Source: Candidatus Woesearchaeota archaeon (GTDB taxonomy: Archaea; Nanobdellota; Nanobdellia; Woesearchaeales; UBA10216). From it: DNA of 54,596 nucleotides. Location of the stretch: the NCBI GenBank assembly GCA_016180085.1, contig JACPBX010000006.1, positions 1-54,596 of the forward strand, written 5' to 3'. Both the position numbers and the translations under genes were made by a program. Under the pieces are notes generated by a model. That model saw only the letters and a program-made list of their open reading frames with translations. It did not search any database and was not told where the DNA came from. Position 1 is the stretch's first letter, and each line of letters opens with the position of its first letter. Shown piece after piece: positions 36,512 through 44,266 of the stretch.

Positions 36512-36661
36512 ACTTCCAAATATGGCGACGGTAGGATTTAAACCTTTCCCCTCCTTTTTCGGAAACTTTATGGAAGAATGTGGAATGTTTCTTAAAATCC
36601 CTGAAGTTATTGCAAAAAATGTGACGTTTGCCGAAAATCTTCCGCCGGAGCTGAAAATAAA

Positions 36662-37183
36662 ATGATAAGCATGTTGCAGGGCAAAAAGGGCCAGTTTTAC
36701 ATACTCATAGCCCTGCTGCTGATTGCGTATGCGTACACGCTTATAAGGCAGGAGGTTCCTGTGAGAAAGCCGAAGGACACGTTCCAGCTGCTGCATGAGG
36801 GTTACATGAGTGAGGGCATGGCAGCGATAAACAGCGCGGTTTATGAGGAAGCGAATGTTACTGCACGGTTTGCAGGCTTTACCGGTGATTACATGGCATT
36901 TGCAAAGTCGGCAGCCCCGAATTTCAGGCTGGTTTACCTGCTCAGGCACAAGGACCAGCTGGTTGTGGGCAACAGGCTTGACTCAAGCCTGAACATAACG
37001 CTTGGCAATGCTGATTATTCCATCGGGCCGGGCTCAGAGCAAACGGCAGCTGTGTCCAACGCTACCATAAGGATTGCGGGCAACAGCTATAGCTTTGTGT
37101 TTTTGCAGGAGGGTGAAATCCAGCTCAAGGCCTTGTTCAGGGAGGCCAGCAGGCTTACCACAAGGGTTTTTGTGAGTGGATAG
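36662..37183 (+). CDS. Pilin-like protein with class III signal peptide
   Basis: GKKG|QFYILIALLLIAYAY. Confidence 0.7.
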   Translation: MISMLQGKKGQFYILIALLLIAYAYTLIRQEVPVRKPKDTFQLLHEGYMSEGMAAINSAVYEEANVTARFAGFTGDYMAFAKSAAPNFRLVYLLRHKDQLVVGNRLDSSLNITLGNADYSIGPGSEQTAAVSNATIRIAGNSYSFVFLQEGEIQLKALFREASRLTTRVFVSG

Positions 37184-37204
37184 GTGAAATAGGGCAAAGG
37201 GGGT

Positions 37205-37699
37205 TTGGTTAAAATGGCTGCTAAACTGCGCTTCAGGGCAATAGTTGCGGGTAAGCATGGTATTTCGGTGTGGATTTCATGGGTGCTGCTTGTAGCCCTT
37301 TCTGTCATGATTGGCACTCTGGTGCTGCAGTGGTCGAAAAGCCATGCCACCAAGACGGTTGAAGACATTACAGAGAAGGGCGAGGTTTTGACCTTTTGCC
37401 AGGAAACGGGAGTGGCAATAAACAGCTACTGCCAGAATACGCAAACTTTAAATATAAACGTCACGAATAACAACAATCGCAAAGTCGATTCGCTGCTGGT
37501 GAGGGGCTTTGATATTTACGGCAACCCTGATGGAGGCTCGAAAAACATAAGCCTTGAGCCTGAGAAAACAAAGGCGGTTGTTATCGTGAAGCAGGGCGTG
37601 CTTAAGCAGGCTGATGTTATGCCTGTAATTATTGTTGGCAAAAAAAGGGTCGTCTGCCAAAGCAGGAAAGTCCTGCTTGAGACGATTGAGTTTTGCTGA
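37205..37699 (+). CDS. Archaeal pilin-like protein
   Basis: KHG|ISVWISWVLLVALSVMIGTLV, followed by a Cys-containing beta domain. Confidence 0.7.
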   Translation: MVKMAAKLRFRAIVAGKHGISVWISWVLLVALSVMIGTLVLQWSKSHATKTVEDITEKGEVLTFCQETGVAINSYCQNTQTLNINVTNNNNRKVDSLLVRGFDIYGNPDGGSKNISLEPEKTKAVVIVKQGVLKQADVMPVIIVGKKRVVCQSRKVLLETIEFC

Positions 37700-37724
37700 C
37701 TAACCGGAAAAGAGGTGCTGTGTT

Positions 37725-38120
37725 TTGGCTAATGGTACACCAGCTATGCAAGGGCAGAAGAGCGAGGTGCTCCTGCAGCTGGAGATAGAGAAGTCCAAGC
37801 TCAACAGGGAAAAGAGCCTGCTGCTGCTTGACAAGTCCCTCTTGATGTACTTTGCCTTCCTGATTATAGGCGTGGTCGGGTTTGTCAACAAGTACCTTGA
37901 TGCAAGATACCTTAACATAATGATAGCGCTCAGTTTTGGGGTGCTTGCTGTCGGCCTTGTGCCTTACATGCTGACCATGAGCAGGGAAGAGAAAAAGCTG
38001 AACGCCCTGATCATTAATTTTCGCAGCAACGGCAGCGGCAGCGGCAATGGCAGGCGCAGTAAGGCAACTGGCAGGGCAGCCTCGGTCAGGGCGACTAAGG
38101 CAGCAAAATCACGTTCCTGA
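37725..38120 (+). CDS. Small two-TM membrane protein with basic C-terminal tail
   Basis: Two hydrophobic segments; located within the pilin operon. Confidence 0.65.
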   Translation: MANGTPAMQGQKSEVLLQLEIEKSKLNREKSLLLLDKSLLMYFAFLIIGVVGFVNKYLDARYLNIMIALSFGVLAVGLVPYMLTMSREEKKLNALIINFRSNGSGSGNGRRSKATGRAASVRATKAAKSRS

Positions 38121-38131
38121 GGTGGACACCA

Positions 38132-38695
38132 ATGCTGAAAGGTCAGAAAGGTCATAACGGCTATAAAATTTTTAAAAATAGCAGGAATAAGAGAGGCGTA
38201 TCTCCTTTGATAGCCACTGTGCTGCTTATTGCCTTTGCAGTTGCCCTTGGGGCTGTTGTAATGAACTGGGGCAGGGGCTTTGTGCAGCAGCAGACAACAG
38301 AAGCTGAAAAAACAACCCAGACAAAGCTGGGCTGCAGCCTCAAGGTTAACCTGAAGGTTGCCGAGATAGATGGCGTGCCCCAGGTCTGTTACGGTGGCAG
38401 CGGCTCTGCCGGCTATATTGAGCTCAGGCTTAACAATAACGATGAGTCAAATGACATCAAGGGGCTCAGCGTTTCTGTGGGAGGAGAAACTGGCATATAC
38501 AACAACGACACAATAAACACCACAATCCCCGTTGGCTTGGCAGGTTACCTGAACATGAGCTATTCATACACCGCCTATGGGAAAGTGAAGAACATAAGGA
38601 TTGTTCCCAAGATTTTAATAGGCGGCGTTGTAACTCCTTGCGGCGGAAGCCCGCTTGAGAAAAGCACTTCTGAGCTTAGGAACTGCTCCGCGTGA
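38132..38695 (+). CDS. Archaeal type IV pilin
   Basis: Canonical NKRG|VSPLIATVLLIAFAVALGAVV pilin N-terminus. Confidence 0.9.
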   Translation: MLKGQKGHNGYKIFKNSRNKRGVSPLIATVLLIAFAVALGAVVMNWGRGFVQQQTTEAEKTTQTKLGCSLKVNLKVAEIDGVPQVCYGGSGSAGYIELRLNNNDESNDIKGLSVSVGGETGIYNNDTINTTIPVGLAGYLNMSYSYTAYGKVKNIRIVPKILIGGVVTPCGGSPLEKSTSELRNCSA

Positions 38696-39165
38696 CCGGC
38701 AAGTTGATGTGCATGATGCGTTGCAAAAAAGGCTTGCTTTCAGGCAAGAAGGCTGTTGCTATAATACTTCTTATAGTTGGCGTGATGCTTATGTTCTTCA
38801 TAATAAGCCAGGGGATTGGAATCTACAGGAGCTCCAGGGAGGCAAGCGACAGTCAGGGCCTGTCAAGCGTGCAGTGCTTCGGGTTCCTGTACACAGTTAA
38901 GGGCATAACTGCAACTGATGAGGAGCTGCAGTTTGAGTTCAGGAACGAGCTGTCAAGCACCGAGGAGGTTCACAACCTTACCATTATGGGCGCTGGAGAA
39001 GGCGCGGTGCAAAGCAGGAGCACTGTTGACGTTGGCATTCCCATAGGCTCGTCACTTTCCGTCAGGGTGCCGGTCAGGGTCGAGGACAACTTCGTGGTCT
39101 ATCCTGACAACTGCCAGCTATACCCCCTGAGGTGCACCCTTGAAGGCCAATGCGCGTACAGGTAA
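38692..39165 (+). CDS. Pilin-like protein
   Basis: GKKA|VAIILLIVGVMLMFFII; GTGA overlap with the previous stop. Confidence 0.6.
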   Translation: MTGKLMCMMRCKKGLLSGKKAVAIILLIVGVMLMFFIISQGIGIYRSSREASDSQGLSSVQCFGFLYTVKGITATDEELQFEFRNELSSTEEVHNLTIMGAGEGAVQSRSTVDVGIPIGSSLSVRVPVRVEDNFVVYPDNCQLYPLRCTLEGQCAYR

Positions 39166-39169
39166 AAAA

Positions 39170-39928
39170 ATGAATCGCGGCAATAAGGGCACTCGCTTCG
39201 CTCACGCCCTTATCAACCCCACGGATAAAAAAGGGGCAATATGGGTTTCTGCAGTAATATATGTCCTTATAGGCGTTATTGTGCTGACCGTGGTCATTGA
39301 GGCAGGAATCCCTTTTATCAAGGGGCTTCAGGAAAGAAGCCACGTCAGCCGTGCCCGGAATACCTTCTCAGCGCTTGACCAGCAGATACAGGACGTTGCA
39401 AAGGAAGGGCAGGGCTCGCAAAGGATTATTCCTCTGGAAGTTTCAGAAGGCACTGTAAAGGTTGAGGATAACAAGCTCAGGTGGAAGATTGAAACAACCT
39501 CAAAGGTGCTTGAGCCAAGGACCAGGGTGGAGCTGGGCAACCTCGTGGTAGCCTCTGACGTTGACGTTTCTGCAGCTGATGAGTCAGGCTTTCATATAAT
39601 CCAGAACTCCAGGATTCTTGCAAACTTCACGAAGTTCGGCAGCAAGACAAGCTTTTCAAGCATAAACACGTCTTCACTCCTGAACTATATAGAGTTCAAG
39701 GACACCGGCTCAAAGACAACAGGCACATTCACCTTCTTCATCAACCAGAACGCAAGCTCAGTCAGCGGCACAGGCTACACCGAGCTTTTGCAAACAGGCA
39801 CAGGCCTGGCAAGCGCAACGCTCAAGGCCCATGTCAACAGCACGATTTACGAGTACGACCTCCTCCTTAGCTTGGACAGCAAGGCGGATTTCCTGCGCGG
39901 CCAGATTGAGAACTTCAGGGTGAAGTAA
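39170..39928 (+). CDS. Pilin-like protein with class III signal peptide
   Basis: DKKG|AIWVSAVIYVLIGVIVLTVV; ATG 39170 preferred over the ORF-track TTG 39140. Confidence 0.7.
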   Translation: MNRGNKGTRFAHALINPTDKKGAIWVSAVIYVLIGVIVLTVVIEAGIPFIKGLQERSHVSRARNTFSALDQQIQDVAKEGQGSQRIIPLEVSEGTVKVEDNKLRWKIETTSKVLEPRTRVELGNLVVASDVDVSAADESGFHIIQNSRILANFTKFGSKTSFSSINTSSLLNYIEFKDTGSKTTGTFTFFINQNASSVSGTGYTELLQTGTGLASATLKAHVNSTIYEYDLLLSLDSKADFLRGQIENFRVK

Positions 39929-39988
39929 AAGCAAAGCGCAAAACAGCACAAACTTTTAAATAATCTTCTGCACCGCTTTCAAATTGGC

Positions 39989-40675
39989 ATGCACATAGCG
40001 GATAATCCTGCGGGGAACCCTTCAAGGGCGGGAAGGGCGGGGAATGAGGTCGCAAGCCTGGTGCGCGGGGGCTCAGCTTCTGCCTATTCTGCATTGCTGA
40101 AAAAGCACATTGTTGAGGCTGTAAAGAACTCCCTGAAATCGGTAACACCGAAAAAGCTGTTTCTGGCTGCCGTTGTGGTTTTTATCGTCATGCTCTTCGG
40201 CAGAAACATCAAAGACATCCTGCTCGTGGCTGCTTTGGGAATTGCAGCTTCATACTCGACCATTTACAAGCGCACGATAAGGGTGCCTTCGGCTGTTGAG
40301 CTGGTTACGTTTGGCACGATTGTGACTGGAGCGGCTTACGGCCCGGCCGTCGGCGCGATGTTCGGAGTCATTACAACAATAGCTTCTGAAATCATCAGCT
40401 CCGGGGTGGACGTTAACACGCTTTTTTATGCGATAGCAAGGGGCATTGCCGGAGGGCTCGCCCAGATGATGGTTGCTGGCTTTGGGTGGAGCGTTGTAAT
40501 TGCAGGCATGGCTGCCCTGGTAATCTTCCACGTTGTCTCTGACTTCATCTACGTTGTCTCAGGCGGCATCGAGGCCGTGCCCAAGATAATTTACTTTATC
40601 ATTGTCAATACGCTGTTCAACCTTATAGTATTCTCGTTCTTTGGCAGCTTCCTGCTTGGCATTGCCGTGGCCTGA
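39989..40675 (+). CDS. Multi-pass membrane protein, resembling an ECF S-component
   Basis: About 6 TM segments; GAAYGPAVGAMFG pattern. Confidence 0.6.
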   Translation: MHIADNPAGNPSRAGRAGNEVASLVRGGSASAYSALLKKHIVEAVKNSLKSVTPKKLFLAAVVVFIVMLFGRNIKDILLVAALGIAASYSTIYKRTIRVPSAVELVTFGTIVTGAAYGPAVGAMFGVITTIASEIISSGVDVNTLFYAIARGIAGGLAQMMVAGFGWSVVIAGMAALVIFHVVSDFIYVVSGGIEAVPKIIYFIIVNTLFNLIVFSFFGSFLLGIAVA

Positions 40676-40764
40676 GGCTCCTGAGGCACCGGAGTCTGCC
40701 CTGCGCAGGCGGCAGCCGGTGGCTTTCAGCACAGCCCGGCAGCCAGACCTAAACATTTAAATAT

Positions 40765-40808
40765 TCCAGTATACAAATATCAACAAATAAGGATTATTGT
40801 GTACTGGA
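40765..40808. promoter_or_regulatory. Inverted repeat just downstream of a TATA box, upstream of the ATPase gene
   Basis: TCCAGTATACAA (40765-40776) / TTGTGTACTGGA (40797-40808), 11 of 12 matching; TTTAAATA at 40756-40763. Confidence 0.35.
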
Positions 40809-40914
40809 TATTACTGGATGGTGCATAGTATAACCGCAGTTTGGCAGCGGCAGCAATGGGGACTTTGGAAGTTCCTATAACCCAAAATTGGTGTAAAAGA
40901 TGGTGAGTGGATGA

Positions 40915-42063
40915 ATGGCTGAAGCGGTTTCTCAGTTTGGGCTGGTAGGTCAGCAGTCTGTTGCTGCGGCGGGGGCAGCAGGCATTCAGCTTGCTCCGCA
41001 GCCTGTGCCTGTGACAGCTGGAGCAGCTGCAGGCGAGCAGGGTGCCCCTGAGTTTTTTATTGACCTGAGACCAAGGTTTGTCAAGCTTCCTGACATCAGT
41101 GTCAAGGAGAACATAAACATTCGCTACCCGTTGCTGCCTCCGTACGCCTTTGCGCACATCTACTGGGACAACACGGCAAAGGAGCTTCTTTACTCTGTTG
41201 AGGAGGTGCTGCTCACTGATACTGAAAAGGAGCTTCTGAAGCTGATTCAGCTGGGCCTTGAGGAGATGATTAACATAAGCTATGCTTACGCTTCCAAGTC
41301 AGACCTTCTTATAAAGTACCTGGAGAAGAACGTCCAGTCAATCCTTGCAGAGCTTGGCGCCAAGGTGTCAAGGCAGTCTTACCTCAAGATAATGTATTAC
41401 ATCTACAGGGACTTTGTCGGCCTGAACGAGATTGAGCCGATGATGCACGACTTCTACATTGAGGACATTGAGTGCAACGGCGTTGAAACGCCCATTTACA
41501 TAGTGCACAGGAAGTACCAGAACATGCGCACCAACATCGTGTTCCCGGAGATGAAGAGGATTGTTGATTTTGTTGAGAAGCTCGCGCAGAAGACTGGGAG
41601 GTATGTGAGCTTCGCCAAGCCGCTTCTCGATGGCAGCTTGCCTGACGGAAGCCGTGTCAATGCCACTTACACCAGCGACGTCACCACACACGGCCCTACA
41701 TTCACGATAAGAAAATTCACAAAGGACCCATTGACGCCTGTTCACCTTCTCGGCTATCAGACTGCAAGCGCTGAGATGTTTGGCTTTTTGTGGCTTGCTG
41801 TGGAAAACAAGTTTAACATAATGGCCATTGGCGAGACAGCCTCTGGCAAGACGACATTCCTCAACTCAATACTCCAGTTTGTTCCTCCTGAGGCGAGGAT
41901 AGTCTCGATAGAGGACACGAGGGAGCTTAACCTGGCCCATGAGAACTGGATTCCCGCAGTTGCCAGGGTCGGGTTTGGCATACCAAACATTTTGGGCAAG
42001 CAGTATGGCGAGATAAGCCTCTTTGACCTGCTCAGGGAAGGCAGAATCCTGATTATGTTGTAG
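40915..42063 (+). CDS. Type II/IV secretion ATPase (VirB11/FlaI/TadA-like), N-terminal part; frameshifted near 42039
   Basis: DIECNG, PDGSRVNAT, FTIRKF, Walker A GETASGKTT, SIEDTREL; homology breaks after LFDLLRE. Confidence 0.9.
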   Translation: MAEAVSQFGLVGQQSVAAAGAAGIQLAPQPVPVTAGAAAGEQGAPEFFIDLRPRFVKLPDISVKENINIRYPLLPPYAFAHIYWDNTAKELLYSVEEVLLTDTEKELLKLIQLGLEEMINISYAYASKSDLLIKYLEKNVQSILAELGAKVSRQSYLKIMYYIYRDFVGLNEIEPMMHDFYIEDIECNGVETPIYIVHRKYQNMRTNIVFPEMKRIVDFVEKLAQKTGRYVSFAKPLLDGSLPDGSRVNATYTSDVTTHGPTFTIRKFTKDPLTPVHLLGYQTASAEMFGFLWLAVENKFNIMAIGETASGKTTFLNSILQFVPPEARIVSIEDTRELNLAHENWIPAVARVGFGIPNILGKQYGEISLFDLLREGRILIML

Positions 42064-43961
42064 TTGGAGAGGTCAGGGGCAAAGAAACTTATGTGCTATT
42101 TCAAGGGATGGCTTCCATACCGGGCGACCAGAAAATAATGGTAGTGCAGGATAACAAGCCAAAGCTGGTAAGGATTGATGAGATTACCGACGTTAACAAC
42201 TGCCAGACAGTAGCTTTTGACCCGGTTACTTGTAAGGCTAAGCTGCTGCCTGTCAAAGCCCACATAAGGCATCCTGAACGCTCTGAACTTGTTAAGGTTA
42301 CGACAAAAACAGGAAGGGAAATAATTGCAACCCCGGACCATTCGCTGTTTGCCATTGACAGCCAAAACCAAATGGCTGATGTCCCTGCTGGTGCTTTGAA
42401 GTCCGGGGATAAGCTCGCAATAGCAGCGAGAATACCTTGTGGTTATGCTGACATCGACAGATTGAATCTGATAGAAATCATACCCAACATACGCATTTAC
42501 GCGCCTGAGCTTATTAAGGAGGCTTCTCACAAGCTTGGCTATTACCAGGCTTCAGCTGTTTGCGGAGTGGCATCAATAACAGATTATTACGGCAACTTCA
42601 AAACCCAAGTCGTGCAAGGCACGACTGGGCCCAGTCGACAGCGGTCGACTTGGGGGGCAAGCCCTGCCTCAATGAAAAGGGACATGTTCTTCAGTTTAAT
42701 GGAAGCTGCCGGTACACCTGTAGAAAAGGCTGAATTGAGTGTAAAACTCCTAAGGAAAAGCAGGCCTATGCCTGCCGAAATAGAAATTAGCGATGAATTT
42801 CTGAGGCTGCTGGGCTATTTCATTTCAGAAGGCACTGTCAACTTTTCCGGCAAAAACAGCTCATTTGCCTTGTACAACGGGAATCCTGAAGTGCTTGAGG
42901 ACATGAGGCGTTGCCTGGCTGAAGTAACCGGCATTATGCCTGCAGAGAGGGTAACGGCTCGCGGTTTTGGAGAGGCAACAGAGCTCAAAATTGGCAACAG
43001 GATTTTCGCCGAGTTGTTGAAAGCGTTATGCGGCAGAGGCAAGGAAAAGATGATACCTGACTTTATTTTCGGCTTATCAAAAGAACGGATAGGGCAGTTC
43101 TTGTCCGGCTTGTTCACCGGCGATGGCCACATCACGGCTCAGTCCTTTGGGTACACAACTATTTTAAAAGGGCTTGCCCAGCAGTTGCAGCAGCTTTTGC
43201 TTGTTTACGGGATTGTCGCAGCTGTTTACAAAAATAAGACAAAAAAGACCTACAACTTGGCATTTTACAGGGAAGAGGATAAGGAAGAATTTCTTAAGCA
43301 CGTTAAGGTTCTTGGCAGAAAAGGATTTGGCAGGAAAACAAAAACAGTTAACAGGAAAAAGGTTAATGACGTATATTTGGATACTGTAAAAGAGGTCGAA
43401 GTTATAAACATGGAGAAGCCTGTGCCTGTATACGATTTGTCCGTTCCCGCAGCTCAAAACTTCCTAAGCGCGACTGGCATAATACTGCACAACTCAGGCC
43501 ACCCAAGTTTCAGCACGTTCCACGCAGCTTCTGTTGAGACGATGATTCGCAGGCTGGAAACCCCTCCCATAAACCTGCCTGCGTCGCTTGTTGACTCCCT
43601 TGACATTGTCTGCAGCGTTATCCACGTAAAGGACCAGAGGCGGAATATAAGAAGGGTCAAGGATGTTAAGGAGATAATTGAGGTCAAGCAGCAGGTTGGC
43701 ACTGTGGATTCGAACACGCTGTTTGAGTGGAACAGGATTGATGACAAGTTCGTTTACAACGGGAACTCGCACATCATGTCTGTAATAAGCAAGAGGACTG
43801 GTCGTTCAGTAAAGGAGCTTGAGGACGATGTCAGGCTCAGGGGACTGCTCCTGACCAAGCTGCTTGAGAAGAACATGACGCACTACAAGGATGTCACAAG
43901 GGTTGTCAACGAGTATTACAAGGACCCTGATGCGGTTCTGAAGTTTTTCAACATCAAATAG
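42039..43961 (+). CDS. Secretion ATPase C-terminal part in the -1 frame, containing an intein
   Basis: RQNPDYVVVGEVRGKETYVLFQGMA|intein|SGHPSFSTFHAASVETMIRRLETPPIN (Walker B and His box). Confidence 0.9.
   Translation, partial: RQNPDYVVVGEVRGKETYVLFQGMASIPGDQKIMVVQDNKPKLVRIDEITDVNNCQTVAFDPVTCKAKLLPVKAHIRHPERSELVKVTTKTGREIIATPDHSLFAIDSQNQMADVPAGALKSGDKLAIAARIPCGYADIDRLNLIEIIPNIRIYAPELIKEASHKLGYYQASAVCGVASITDYYGNFKTQVVQGTTGPSRQRSTWGASPASMKRDMFFSLMEAAGTPVEKAELSVKLLRKSRPMPAEIEISDEFLRLLGYFISEGTVNFSGKNSSFALYNGNPEVLEDMRRCLAEVTGIMPAERVTARGFGEATELKIGNRIFAELLKALCGRGKEKMIPDFIFGLSKERIGQFLSGLFTGDGHITAQSFGYTTILKGLAQQLQQLLLVYGIVAAVYKNKTKKTYNLAFYREEDKEEFLKHVKVLGRKGFGRKTKTVNRKKVNDVYLDTVKEVEVINMEKPVPVYDLSVPAAQNFLSATGIILHNSGHPSFSTFHAASVETMIRRLETPPINLPASLVDSLDIVCSVIHVKDQRRNIRRVKDVKEIIEVKQQVGTVDSNTLFEWNRIDDKFVYNGNSHIMSVISKRTGRSVKELEDDVRLRGLLLTKLLEKNMTHYKDVTRVVNEYYKDPDAVLKFFNIK
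42114..43493 (+). mobile_element. 460-aa intein with LAGLIDADG homing endonuclease
   Basis: Starts with Ser (SIPGDQKIMV); block B ATPDHSLF; LLGYFISEG and FLSGLFTGDG motifs; VYDLSV; ends ILHN followed by Ser; removal restores GMA-SGH. Confidence 0.92.
42604..42654. repeat. Double-hairpin palindromic element, copy 2 (in frame within the intein)
   Basis: CCCAAGTCG-TGCAAGGCA-CGACTGGG CCCAGTCG-ACAGCGGT-CGACTTGGG, 51 nt. Confidence 0.85.
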
Positions 43962-43978
43962 GTTAAATAGGTCTGAAT

Positions 43979-44227
43979 ATGCCGAGGGAAAAGGACAGGG
44001 AAAAGTTGTCTGCTGAAAGCCTGAATGGGCAGCTTTCAAAGGCAGTCGCGATGATGGAGCTTTACGAGAAGCACGCTAACTCAGCCATAAGGAGCGAGGC
44101 TGAGCTCGGGCATGTTCAGCGTGAGATGAAAATTATCAGGGACGAAATCCTTTCTGAGTTAGCGCATTCGAGGAAAACCCTCCAGGCGCTGCAGCAGGAA
44201 GTGAAGGAATTAGGGCTAAAGGGCTGA
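43979..44227 (+). CDS. Small coiled-coil hypothetical protein
   Basis: ATG, helical heptad-like composition, operon position. Confidence 0.55.
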   Translation: MPREKDREKLSAESLNGQLSKAVAMMELYEKHANSAIRSEAELGHVQREMKIIRDEILSELAHSRKTLQALQQEVKELGLKG

Positions 44228-44266
44228 AAGGGGACTAGAGCTAAACAAAGGGGCTGAGAGCCGCAC

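Noticed and set aside
36045-36665. 206-aa plus-strand ORF after the giant
   Set aside because: Antisense to the aspartyl protease, which has the motif and the promoter.
42061-42063. TAG readthrough (pyrrolysine or recoding) in the ATPase
   Set aside because: Conserved motifs continue in a different frame, so this is a frameshift rather than readthrough.
42600-42660. Palindromic element in the intein as a BHB-spliced mRNA intron
   Set aside because: No bulge-helix-bulge is evident at its ends, and it is in frame, so splicing is not needed.
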